From Lingula anatina (taxonomy: Eukaryota; Animalia; Brachiopoda): a stretch of 64,000 nucleotides of DNA. Made by a program: the position numbers and the translations under genes. Under the pieces are notes generated by a model. It saw only the letters and a list, made by a program, of their open reading frames with translations, ran no database searches and was not told the DNA's origin. Numbering within the stretch: position 1 is the first letter of the stretch; each line of letters begins with the position of its first letter. Below, one piece after another: positions 24,722 through 54,858 of this stretch. The DNA lies in NCBI GenBank assembly GCA_051362555.1, contig CM120645.1, forward strand, positions 19,840,001 through 19,904,000, in the 5' to 3' direction.

Positions 24722-26465
24722 AAAATAAATTTTAAAGGTTCAAAAAAACTAAATATTTCCTAATTCTACCTTCCATGTCCAGCCACAAGATTAAAATCAT
24801 CAAAAGAGTGAAGGTAAAGCATCCCTTGTTCTTTGACATATCTTGTCACTGTTGGCTCCAGCTCTGAAGTGGGACATCTTTCAACTTTTGCACCCAGGTC
24901 CTAGAAAGATGGGAATTAAATAATAGCTACGGCCGTATACATGTAGATATAATAAACTACACATGGTGTTTTCACTGCTCAGGCCTGTTGGCAGGGATGT
25001 TCCCAAGGTGGTTGGGTGGGAGGTGGGTGGTTGACAGAAGAGTTCCACTGCGAATCAAAATTTGATCTTGGTTCTATGACATTTCTCAAATTGGGTCAGT
25101 TTAGGAGAGGTGGAAGGGGGAGGGGGGGGTCCATAGATTGAGAAAAAGAACCTCCCTATTGAAATTGCATCATCTTTCAGTTTAAACCGATTCCCAAAAC
25201 AATGTATTCTTGATCTTTACACAAAATTTTGAACAAAATTTGTTCTCATTTCTTCTTCTTCATGTGCCATCACCGATTCGGTGTTTGACGAACGTTGATA
25301 TTCTGCCAAAGGGTTCTATTTCTCACCCATGACCAAAGGTGTTTTGGTGGTAATTCAAATTCTCATCCCTATCCTCATTAAATTCATACTCACCTGTATG
25401 ACAGTTACCCTATTGGCAGGTGCTGTCTCAGGCATAATCACCAGGCCCTGAAGACCCAGTCTGGCAGTGGCGTAGGCAAATGCTTTGCCATAATTCCCTG
25501 CTGACATTGTGATCAATTTGGTCTCTCCACTGGTCACACTGGCAGGTAGGTGTTGTAGTTGGTTACTGACCCCTCTCACCTTGAATGAACCTGAGACGAA
25601 AGTGAAGATAATCTCAGCATTTTTATTAAGTTTATTGTTATGTCAATGGCAGTGACAGGTTTTTTTTATATAAGACTTTCTTTCTGCACTCCAGTGTTTC
25701 TATGTATCAAGCCACCTTTGATTTTTTGTTATTCCCTATTAATATCTTGGTATGAAACTGTTTAACATATAAAAGTAGCTTTTTTTAAAATATCACTAAC
25801 CTACTAATACCCTTCAAAGCATGTCTTCAATGATATCCACAGCATGAATTTTGTTTAGTGACTGCACTGTTATAGGTAAATAAAAAGACATATCTGAAAA
25901 TTACAATAGCTCTGCTTCTCACTCAGAATAAGTTTTTTCCTAAGCAATAGCTGAAGTTGTTTACTTTCTACAAAAGCAGTGCATCTCATTCCCTGATGAA
26001 TTGGAATGCAAGAAGTATATTTCTGTATTTAGCTGTTGTTTAAAAGAAGCTCTTACTTCGTGCTGCAGATACCAACTACCTTCATGTTATATTGGTTATT
26101 ATTAGTGACCGTCTGTAAACAGCATTTATTGATTTATCACCGATTAATTAATTTTCAGACCATCTGTAGGGCCTGGAAATCTATTTTTGTGTTGCTTAAT
26201 TAATGAAGTTGATTGTTGACTGCGGTCAAATACAGTATGTACTGCTTGATAGACTGATTGATTACTGATTGGTTCATTATCACTAACCTGTCACTTGCAT
26301 ATTCTCCAGTTTCAAAGACAATGTTCTGACACTCTGTAGAGCAGGGATGGTGGGGAAGAAAATTCCTGCATCTTTTATCAAGGGTGTCTTAACACAGAGG
26401 GGGCTCTCTTCAACAAGTTTTGCAGCTGCTTGCAACTTTTCTGCATCTAGTTCTTCATCTGCCAT
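23187..26465 (-). CDS. PLP-dependent fold-type II serine/threonine dehydratase (TdcB/serine racemase-like family), 6 coding exons, 331 aa
   Basis: Exons 26465-26288, 25590-25394, 24900-24770, 24432-24278, 23924-23832, 23428-23187, phase-consistent GT-AG. Motifs LKLENMQVTGSFKVRG (PLP Lys), MSAGNYG, HSFDD, CCGGGGL, VYAVEP, VEPSGAA and LTGGN. Confidence 0.92.
24676..24719. repeat. (GA)n microsatellite
   Basis: Direct reading. Confidence 0.95.
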
Positions 26466-26999
26466 AGCTCAACAACTGACTGGAATATTAATCCATTAAA
26501 AAGTGCAATGCAGCGTGTATTTTAAACTATTTGGGTATTAAATAATAATTGTAACTACCCCCATAATGTCCAAGTGTACTGCAATTAAACAGACGATTAT
26601 ATTTGTCTAGATTTTTCCACAAAATTTTACTCACAATGTGAAAAGTGTGAGTTCAAGAATAACGAATCCTTTTCATTTCTTTTTGCACTTTCCATTATGT
26701 ATGACAAAAAGAAAAAAAATTGTTTTTTTTTTTTTTTTGCATACTGCAGGGTAGTACAGCCTCGATCAATATCTCTGATACTAGTCAATGTACTGTACTG
26801 TATTTTCTAAACAAATGAGTGTAAAGAAATAGTTTCTGACTAAAACAAGCGAAAGTCTTGTTGCTGCCTCGACGGTTTCAAACATTTTCCCTGCCATCCC
26901 ACGCAAAACTCAAAAAATATTACAAGCAAGCGTGATATCATGATATAAATAAAATCGCAGTACTTGAAAAATAAACGCCTCTCAGTAAGCCTGCACACC

Positions 27000-27850
27000 A
27001 CCAGCTACACATGCATGTTGTCACTAAATTAGGTCACTGGCACGCATGCGCAAAAACGGTTAAATTGACCTACTTACAGCTTGCTAATCTCAATCTATGC
27101 TACCCCTCTAAGGCACTATTGCGAAAAAATGCTCAGTTCGCGGTTACAAACGGACAAAATTGCGCAGCTTGTTGTTGGAAATTGGAGATATATTTGACCA
27201 TTATTATTATAAAATTCAAGAGGTAGGTGAAAATGAAGTAAAAGAAAACGGTAAATTAACCCTTCATCTTAATGGTACCGTTCTTAGATTTTTCCTGTAA
27301 CTGATAGATTCCAAGTAATTTATGATGAAAAGTGGTGGGGGTAGGGGTATGTCTTTGTTTCCCGCGCAGTCGCAATGGGCACCTGCTCAAAGTAAAAATT
27401 TTCGGCAATGTTTGTGTCGAAAATTCTCGATGTGTCGTCTCCTTTTTGTAAGCGCCAATACCACCCTGTTGGTGAAATGGATCTTGGCCTCAAGTAGACT
27501 GACCTTTTTGGACAAAACAAAGCGAAAATTCTGTCAAATTTGAAGAATTATCACCCCCTGTCCCTAGCAGACATCTTTCTCGAAAGTGGTGCAAATTCGC
27601 GCAGACTCTGGCGCAGTCGCAAATGTTCCCCAGTGATAGACCACGCTTGACTCTCAAGATAACTTGTCTGGGACAATTTTAGAAATGTTGGATTGTTTTT
27701 TTAGCTTATATCTCTCGCAAAACGCCGCTCTCATTCTCATCCGATGGGCGGTATCTGGCGGCGAGTCAGTTGCTGGTCGTTGTTGTGCAGTCACGCCATT
27801 ATTTTTCGATTAGGGCGCACTTAAATTCGCTTGGTCTTACAAAACGTAAA
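27000..27850. promoter_or_regulatory. Probable bidirectional promoter region (dehydratase / NRF1) with an NRF1-type site
   Basis: CpG-enriched stretch between divergent start codons. TGCGCATGCGTG (minus, 27041-27052) matches YGCGCAYGCGCR at 11/12 positions. Candidate non-coding first-exon donors near 27077 (minus, GCT|GTAAGT) and 27223 (plus, GAG|GTAGGT). Confidence 0.55.
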
Positions 27851-28751
27851 ATGCTTCTCAAAACTAGTAGCATGTTTACATATTTAATACTTTTCACGTA
27901 ACGGGAATATGTGCTGAGGAATTTCACAAGGAAACGAAGAATTTCTGCCCTATTCAATATGGTGATTGTAACGAACATAAATGACACCACCAATTGTAGG
28001 CCAATGAAGGAAAACGTTTATGCCTGCTAGTGTTACATTCAACTCTAGCACGGTTGTCAAAAAATGCAAGTTTTACATTTCACATTTTGCTGTTTATTTT
28101 AAGAGCAGCGCTCATCAATTTGTTCTTTATGTGTGTGTGGAGTATTTGGGGGGGGGGGGGGGGGGGCGAGACAAACTTGCCTAAAAAGCTGGTTTGAGCA
28201 TAACAGAAGTCATAGTTTTCTAGAAAAAGGGTAATTACAGTGTAGAATATGTGAGAGAATTGGATGACAGAGCTTTTTGAGTCTTTCCCTGCTGAATAAT
28301 TCACATAACAATGAAATAAATCTACTCAATATTCACACCACCTGGCCCCCCATCAACCATGCACCAACCACAATTTAACTTTTGAAGCTTGAATGTTGAG
28401 TTTGATCTTTGATTTTGAAATGTTGCCTCGTTGAAATGCTTTTCAAAATAATAAAAAATTCATTTGACTCTGGGTCTACACTTCTACTGTTTTCTTCACT
28501 GTGTAGTTGCATACTCTTAATATTACAAGTCTCTTAATTTGTTCAGTAGGATTTGGATGCAATTTGACAAGCTTTCTTCTTGAAATTTTGAAAATGCATG
28601 GTTCTCATGAGCAGATAATAGGAAATTAGATGTAGAGTTTGCATTGCCTTAAATCGAGTGTACTTTGTTGTTACCTTACAATTTAATGGAAATGAAAATG
28701 ATGACTTATTTCAAGAGTTCTTCTTTCCTTACTTCATGTCTAGAAGCTGCC

Positions 28752-31700
28752 ATGTCGCACCACGTTGTGACGACAATCAACACATCGTCCATCAATAACA
28801 GCAGTCAGCTTCACCACAACATGAGCCATCACTCCATGATATCGGACGATATGGACAGTGAGCCTAGCTCACCAGAGAGCTCCTTTGACCATACCGACCT
28901 TTTGGGATCGGACGATGTTGCCACGCAGCTGGCTGCAGCAGGTATTACAGGGAGCTTTTAGTCCCTGATTAGTGGGAATTAAGTTTCAGAATGATGTGTA
29001 GTATTACATTTACGTTCACCATGCACCCAGTTTTGGGAAAAAAAAGCTTTAAAGCAAACAAAAACAAAAACCCCTTTCAGTAATTTTCCCTTTATCAGAT
29101 ATTCTGGTAAATGGAACTAAAATGGAGACTGCTATCTTCTTTTGTAAAAACATATAATTAAGTATGTCAGACTTCTGAATTGTTTTTATAGCTTACTATT
29201 TTATCATGAGAAGTAGAGTGTGGCTGATGTGATAATTTGAATATTTCAGGTCCCATTGGTGTTGCTGCAGCTGCTGCTATTGCCACAGGAAGGAAAAGAA
29301 AAAGGCCACATTCATTTGAAACGAACCCTTCTATTAGAAAAAGACAACAAACAAGGTTACTTAGGTATGGAGGTCAAAGCAGTGTGGTATCACTTTTTTT
29401 GAGGTCAACAAAAATAACATATTAACCAAAAGAAAAAGTTTTTTGGTGTCAGAGGATAAGTTGATGCTTATGTGGACTTAATTGTCTGTTTGTTTGTTAC
29501 TTGCAACTATAAACAGGGCTATACAGGTTGTAGATTTAATCTTCTTCTGACATACTAAAAACTTAACAATTTGTGCCACAGGTTTTGTTAGGTCTAAACC
29601 TTGAAACTTGTTTTTATTCAGTTTGGTCGTATAACTTGTAGGAAATTAAAAGCCACCATAGATGAATTCACAACCAGAGTAGGGCAGCAAGCTGTGGTAT
29701 TATGTTGTACTCCTGGGAAGCCGTCACAGTCCACACAGTCTTACAAAGTATTTGGTTCACAACCTTTGGAAACCGTGGTATGTATGCTCAGACCAATATG
29801 GTATATATCTTACCGGACTGTACTTTTGAATCCAGATCAATTGATTAATTTAAATGATTTATTGCCATCATCTAGTAGTAAAACATATTTTGTCTTGTAC
29901 TATTTGTCAGATTTTTGCTCGGTGTTTAATCTAATTTTCTTTATTTCTAGGTTCGTAACAGTCGTAACACAGTTATGCAGGAATTGGAGCAGGCGCTGTC
30001 TCAACAGATTCCTCAACCTTCAGCAGATCTCGTGGGGCTTCACGAATTACCGCCTCTTGTCATTGATGGTATCCCTACTCCAGTGGATAAGATGACACAG
30101 GTGAGACAATTATATTGAAATTGTGATTAATATTGGTAAAAATTTAACAGCATACAAAACACATTCAACTTTGATATAGCAAAAAAAAAAAAAACTTTCA
30201 ATTTTAGCAATGTTCTCCTTTTTACCAACTTGGCAAGGTATGATCTTTCCAAAACTGTTGAGGAAATTTTGCTTTATTAGCTGGTTTTCAAACTCTTAAT
30301 TTATAACATTACAAATAAAATCCACTTTCTCTATCTCTGCTATGAGAGAGACTCAAAATTAGAATCTTAGAACTAAAAAAAAACATCTTGTACAATATAA
30401 GTTTGTCAACAGTTTTGGATATGGTAAGCCTTGATGATAAAGATATAAGTTTCCAGGATTTTTAAAAAATGATTTAATGATCTAACACTCGTATGGTTTT
30501 ATATCAGTGAGTGACAGCAAAAAAAGAATGATTTTTATTTAGCTGATTTTGTCATTTTATCAGCACCTATATTGTGCTTAACTTTAAAAATGCCCAAAAA
30601 CAAACCAACAAACAATAAAATAATAAAATATTTTATAAATGATAAAAAAACAGTCATTGTGATCTTAGGATGTTAACAGGCACAACAGCAGACAAGATTT
30701 TGTGGATAATCAATATGTTGTGTACCACTTGGTGTTGAGTGTATCTAGTTTACCTGGAGCTGGTTTTAAAAGAATGTGTGTGTATGGCAGTCTTTGATCG
30801 AAAATAAATAAGTGTTTTTCAATTAAATGAAATACTTTGCGTGTTTTGTAATAAGAAAGACATGGATAATGTTTTAACCAATACTTTAGGTTGACTGTGG
30901 ATTTATTTTGAACTTAAATTTTGATTAAAAAATTTTGATGAATTTTGGGACTAAAGTTCTTCTTTGAAACGTATAGGGAAATCCTGATTTACTGTCTGCA
31001 TATATGCCAGCCTTGCTATCTAACTCTGATTGTCTGATAATAAGAATTCCACCCCCCCTAAACTTTCCATTGCTTGTAGGCATACATTCCAGACTGATCC
31101 ATTTCTCTTGTCCACTAGGTAGTCAGACAAGGTTATAAGAATCAGCATCAGCTGCTCTTGTCTTCCAGGCACAGCTTCGAGCTTTCATCCCCGAGATGTT
31201 GAAATATTCCACGGGGAGAGGGAAACCCAACTGGGGGAAAGACGAGTTCAAACCTCTCTGGTGGCCCGAAGACGTTCCCTGGGCTAATGTCCGTAGTGAT
31301 GTCAGGACTGATGAACAGAAAAAAAAGGTACACGCGTTTTAAAATTCGGCCTTTATTTTCATCCCCAGGCTCAACTGCGTGCTTTTATTCCGGAAATGCT
31401 GAAATTTTCAACTGGGCGCAGTAAGCCTGCCTGGGGTAGAGCAGAAGCACGCCCCATCTGGTGGCCAGGGGACTTACCCTGGGCTAACGTCAGGTGCGAT
31501 GTGAGAAGTGATGAAGAGAAAAAGAGGGTAGGTAAACACTGTATCAATATGGCCAGTTTCTGCTGTGTGAGCCTGGAGAGAAAAAGGTGACATGACCATT
31601 GATACTGATGGGGATGACACGTAGAGATTTGTAGCTTTTTCTCATTTTAAGGAGCTGGTCAAAAGCTGACCTTTTTGTGGTTTTTGTGGAAAGAAATTGA

Positions 31701-33446
31701 CATAGTGGCTGGAAAACCAGCATTTACAACTCAGCTGAACACTGTGCAGAAAGTTCTTTTCATTTCTTTTGTCATTTCTTGGCAAAAAATACAATGTAGC
31801 CATTTTGAAATTCCTCCATCAAAACTTGGCTTTTAGCTTAAAATTTTTGCCAGCAATCTACCAGAGATTATCCCTTAATGTGTGTGCTCTCACAAAATGA
31901 ATCCCAGTCTGTATATGTGTTTTGCACTAAAAGTCATAGTGGCAGTCATTGTTAAATTTATAAGTATGCCAGTTGGGAAATATACCATTCTATCACTTTC
32001 AGGTTTCCTGGACCCATGCACTAAGAACAATAGTAAAGAACTGTTACAAATACCACGGCCGAGAAGACCTCCTTCCCGAGTTCACAGAATCCAATGACGT
32101 TAATAACTCCTCGGTCCAGCAGCATTACACACAGACCGTCATGCAGACGATTAACAACCCCGATGGCACGCTGTCGATTATACAGATCGACACTGGTAGC
32201 AATGGTCCTAATGTAGTAACACTTCCAGATGGTACACATGCCACTGTTGTACATGCGGTGAGTGATTAGAGGTTATAAAAAAAATTTACAAAGTTTACAA
32301 AGTGGGGGGGATAAAGAATATTTTATCTATCAATTTCTATATCATCAAGTTATTAATGAGTGTAGTAGATCAAGTTTTGGTGTAAAGGTTAATACTTTTA
32401 GATGTTAGATATTTCTGTGCCCAATTTTGTCTGTATTTGAATTGTGTTGTTACAGTAAGCAAGTTTGGTAGGACATTCCTTTGTATTAAAATAAGCAAAA
32501 AATTGCTTCAAAGGTTAAGCAGGAATGAGATTATATAGATTATTTGCGTATTTCCGACTGGAGTTCTGGTGTGAAGCACATAACTTGTGTATTACTTATA
32601 AAACCATTGGCCACTGTAGGTGAAGCTCCTGCTTGTTTGATTATCACAGCTATTCTTTCTTTATGATGTCAGATTCCCCACGGGCATGAAGCCACGCAGG
32701 CAGTGCAGACACTGGCCGAGGTCGCAGCCAATCAGCAAGGAGGTCAGCAGACGCCTGTCACTGTGGAAATGAACAGTGAGGCGGCCACGCATGCTGTCGC
32801 AACATTGGCAGAGGCAACTCTAAATGACGGGCAGATTATTCTTACAGGGGAACATCTTGGAGCAGATGGGCACAGTAAGTGAAGACAGCTGTGCGTGCGT
32901 TTGTGTGTGCGTGCGTGCATGTTTCTTCCAATTAAGCTCTGTGCGTCATTGTGATTTTCCTGAAAGATTGGGACTGAGGAATTTTTTTTTTTTTTCAATT
33001 TGACTAATTAGACTACTACCATATTGTGCATAGTGCTAAAAACAGTATATCTTTCATATCAGTGGTGATGTTAACACTGGCTTCAAGCCAATTGTCAGTA
33101 TAATGGAATGTAGCAATCTGTTCAATCACTTGCTACTACTTTATGCATTGGGCTAGTTGGACTTGAGTGTCTAGAAGGCCCAGTATAGTAGGCTTAGGAG
33201 TTTTTCCAGTACAGACAGCCAGTTGGTTATCTATTCTCTCTCCCTCTCTGTCTCCTAGGTATGATGATCCCTGTCTCCATGTACCAGACTGTCGTCTCAC
33301 ACATTAACCAGATGAACCAATCAAATCAGCATGTTCATGTTGCCATGGCGCCTTCCTCGGAGTCACAAGAAAGCAACAGCGAATCGGTGCCGGATGCTAC
33401 GCATGCTGTGGAGATCATCACCGTGTCTTCAGCTGACAGTTCATAG
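28752..33446 (+). CDS. NRF1: Nuclear respiratory factor 1 / Erect wing / P3A2 transcription factor, 464 aa with one copy of exon 5
   Basis: Exons 28752-28941, 29250-29364, 29642-29777, 29951-30100, [31169-31327 or 31369-31527], 32003-32257, 32673-32874, 33259-33446. Motifs GRKRKRPHSFETNPSIRKRQQTRLLRKLKATIDE, LPPLVIDGIPT, AQLRAFIPEMLK, WANVR and VSWTHALRTIVKNCYKYHGREDLL. Confidence 0.96.
31169..31327 (+). CDS. NRF1: NRF1 DNA-binding-domain exon 5A (canonical-like)
   Basis: CAG|...AAG|GTAC, 159 nt, phase 0-0: AQLRAFIPEMLKYSTGRGKPNWGKDEFKPLWWPEDVPWANVRSDVRTDEQKKK. Confidence 0.9.
31369..31527 (+). CDS. NRF1: NRF1 DNA-binding-domain exon 5B (alternative paralogous exon)
   Basis: CAG|...AGG|GTAGGT, 159 nt, phase 0-0: AQLRAFIPEMLKFSTGRSKPAWGRAEARPIWWPGDLPWANVRCDVRSDEEKKR. 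Confidence 0.9.
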
Positions 33447-36269
33447 TTTTCTGTTAATCGTTTAAAAGTCTTCGTAATTATTATCATGTTAGGTCAGTAA
33501 GGATCGTTTGTAGTCTGAATTTATCAGCAGGAATCTTTATTTTAACTCATTAAATACAGAAAAGGCACTCATCTTTTGTACTCGGATGTTTAACAGCATT
33601 TTAGTCTTTTTTCATTTGTGGGAGTAAATGTGTATTATACATTGTATATATTCATTATTTTTAACTGAAGTACATTTTATGGAGCATCATTCTGTGACAG
33701 AAGCAGTTTCACATAGAGAAAGTGAAATGGAGAGAAGACTTGAAAAGATGAAGAATCTTTAAATGTTTTAACTCAAGTTAGCTTTTGTTGTTCATTGAAA
33801 TCTCTTTTTAAGAATTATGATTACATTGGAGAGGAATTGATTTTGCATGTGTTTGTACTGTGTAATTTGAAAAATACATCTTCGAAAGACTGATTAATTA
33901 ATACGATCAGCAGGGATTTTTTTTTTTTTTACATTTTCAATTTATAAGATATTTAGACATCTTTTTGAGCACATGTATTTAAAATTACATTTTTTTTCTT
34001 ATAAACCAAAAATTTTGATGACTGTCCTGTTATATTCTGAAATTAAAGTATATGTAAAGAATTCCAGGCAGTCGCTTAAAATTGTTGAAGCACTGTTATT
34101 TGAAGGCAAGCATGACGTGATGCTTCTAGGTAAATGAGTCATTATAATAACTAGGGTACACTTTATTCAAATACTTATTATTCACCTCATCTGGTAAAAG
34201 TAATACAATTTTTCCTCATTTTTATTTTCCTTTTATTTATTTTTTGCTCCAGCTGGTGTTTCAATAGCCAAACGTAGCTGAAGATGACATTCACTTTACT
34301 GATGCTTGCATTTCCTCATGTCCTGTATGTGTCAAGCCTAGCTGTGGTGTTCTTTGGAGATTCAGTTTGCAGTTGTGTTGAATTTCGCAAGTCTGGAACT
34401 TTGGGAACATTGAAGGCTCGTCTGCGGACTTGGGTAAAATGCGCCCCAAGTCCTCTTAACAGCCCTATCATTAATGTACAAATTGTAATTTAAATGTGAA
34501 GATGTAAAGTTTCATACTTTAGCAGACAAATAAATTTAATGTTTTTCAGCCAAGACATTCTGTCTGCTCCTGAATTATTTAAACTGAAAAACAAATTTTT
34601 AAAGAGCTCTTAAAATAACAAGTATATTCTAATTTGCGGGTCTTGTTTGCAATCCGAGGACTATTGGTCATAAAATGTATACAAAACAAGACGAACATTT
34701 ATAATTCAACTGTTTAATATGTTTGATCACTATTCTTTTGCCTCACAATTTCTGCTGAGATAACTATGCATATTTTTTCAAAAATTCAAGAAATTCTTTA
34801 TCTGGCTCAGGTCCAGTTTACAATGACACAGAACGTGCACTATTTTTAAATGCAGCACACCAGAAGTATTTCAAACACACAAAAAAGATTTTTCCAAGAG
34901 TGAAGAACCCATTTTGCTATGACACCAAAGGTGGCATTTATTACTATAAATGCATTAATAGAATAAAATGCAACATTTGTAAAAGTTGTTTAAATGCAAT
35001 ATCAACCTTATTGGTAGTGGAATCTTTAACAACAGGAAAGAATAATATTCCAAATTCATGATAATACAGTTTTGACTTTCATCTCGATTTCACACACAAC
35101 TATTCTTTGCAGCTAAGAAAACCATGCCAAACCAAAAGCAAGCAAAGGAATAAATTCAACACAAACCAAAAAGAAAAGAGAAAAATCTGAAAAATACACT
35201 GACAAGCTATTGGATGTAGTACATAAAAATTGAAATAATTTTATAAGAATAATCCAAATCCTCAAAAGTAGAAAAACTGAAGTAGAATGAAACCTTTAAG
35301 CAATAGGGAGAGGATTAATTATTGGCACAAAATTCTGCATGAAAAAGGATTTTTTTTCTAAATTTTTATTATTGTTCCTTAGATTTTGATATCAACTGGG
35401 GCTCATTTAGCCACCATTGGCACTTTTCAATTTTTCCTCTTCAACTACCTTATCCTTTTAAGGATGTTTAAATATCAAAATTTTCACAAAATTAATTTCC
35501 TCTTTTAACAATTAAGAAATCAAAATGTAGTACCTTTATATATCAAACAACAAATTTAATTGCAAAATTACTCTTTCAGCCATTTAAAAAAGACTTTAAA
35601 ATAATTAGCTGGCAATTTTTTTAATCCATGATCAACCTTAGTTTTAAATGTCATATCAACATAATACGAATCCAATTTCATTGATGAACATGTTTTTTGT
35701 ATTATCATCTCAATGAAACCCAAAGGTTTGCAAAAGCTAATATCAATCATAAACACTTAAACAAAAGCCAAATATTAATGCATCCATTGCAAAATGATTT
35801 CATCAATTACCTTAGATTTCATAAATTACATCTTATGTCACTTCCAATCATAAATAGTCAATTACCTCAAAAATGCACTAATAATACAACATCACTTTTC
35901 CATTAAGAGCTTTCAGCTACAGGACTCTCATAAGTTGTCAATTCCAATGATAAATACTAACTAAAAGATGGCACCATGGATTATAAACCAATATTTTCTG
36001 TTCTATCCAGCCTGACATGGTCTCAGAGAGTGGCCCCATAATACAGTGTAATGCTGACATTATCACATGATCCAAATGTACAGTGCTTACTTTGTACAGA
36101 GTAGCCCAAAATGACTTGTACATCTATGTATGTTTTCTTTTTTTTCTTATTTTTTCTCTCGTACTTATTCTCTTTTTTTTTTTTTGAATATATATGACAA
36201 TTTTTTTTGTAATGTCCACTGGTGAAAACAAAATATTTTCTAATAAATCTTCTGGTAACATCACAGGAT

Positions 36270-36370
36270 ATTATGTGACATCACTAATGACAATATGTAT
36301 GTGTGACATCACTGATGACCTCACATCTGTGTGACATCACACTTGGCACCACATGTGACATCATCAGTAA
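36270..36370. repeat. Degenerate tandem repeat with four TGTGACATCA cores in the AHCYL 3' UTR
   Basis: TGTGACATCA recurs at about 24-28 bp spacing. Confidence 0.7.
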
Positions 36371-36456
36371 CCTCATAATATAACTGCCAGTGAAAAAGTG
36401 ATTACACAAACTTGGAGACAAGTTGACACCCATGGTTTCCACTCTCTTCTTTATAA

Positions 36457-54488
<18,032 letters not shown>

Positions 54489-54848
54489 ACAAAGTCTGAG
54501 TAAAACTATTCACGAAAGGTCTTTGAGATACAGCACTGTTACTATTCCTCCATGCCCAGAAACTTGCCACAACATCAGAATTATTACAGACAACTAGGCT
54601 TCTTTGCACTTTCCTAGTTACGCTTCTCTGTAATTTACTGCAACTCTTAGATGTGCAGCCCACATGACATAATCACACCGATATGTTGTCCCTGTAATGA
54701 ACTGAGCAATGTAACACAACCCTCACCAACTACAGACATTGAATAAATATATGATACGTAGAACTCAATGCAGCACTGTTAAATACAACACAGTACTATT
54801 CGTCCTCTCCGCTGATAATGACATGTGCTGAAGAAACACTGCATCTGC

Positions 54849-54858
54849 TTTATATATA
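54849..54858 (-). promoter_or_regulatory. Candidate TATA box for the AHCYL first exon
   Basis: TATATATAAAG on the minus strand about 360 bp upstream of the ATG at 54488. Motif only. Confidence 0.3.
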
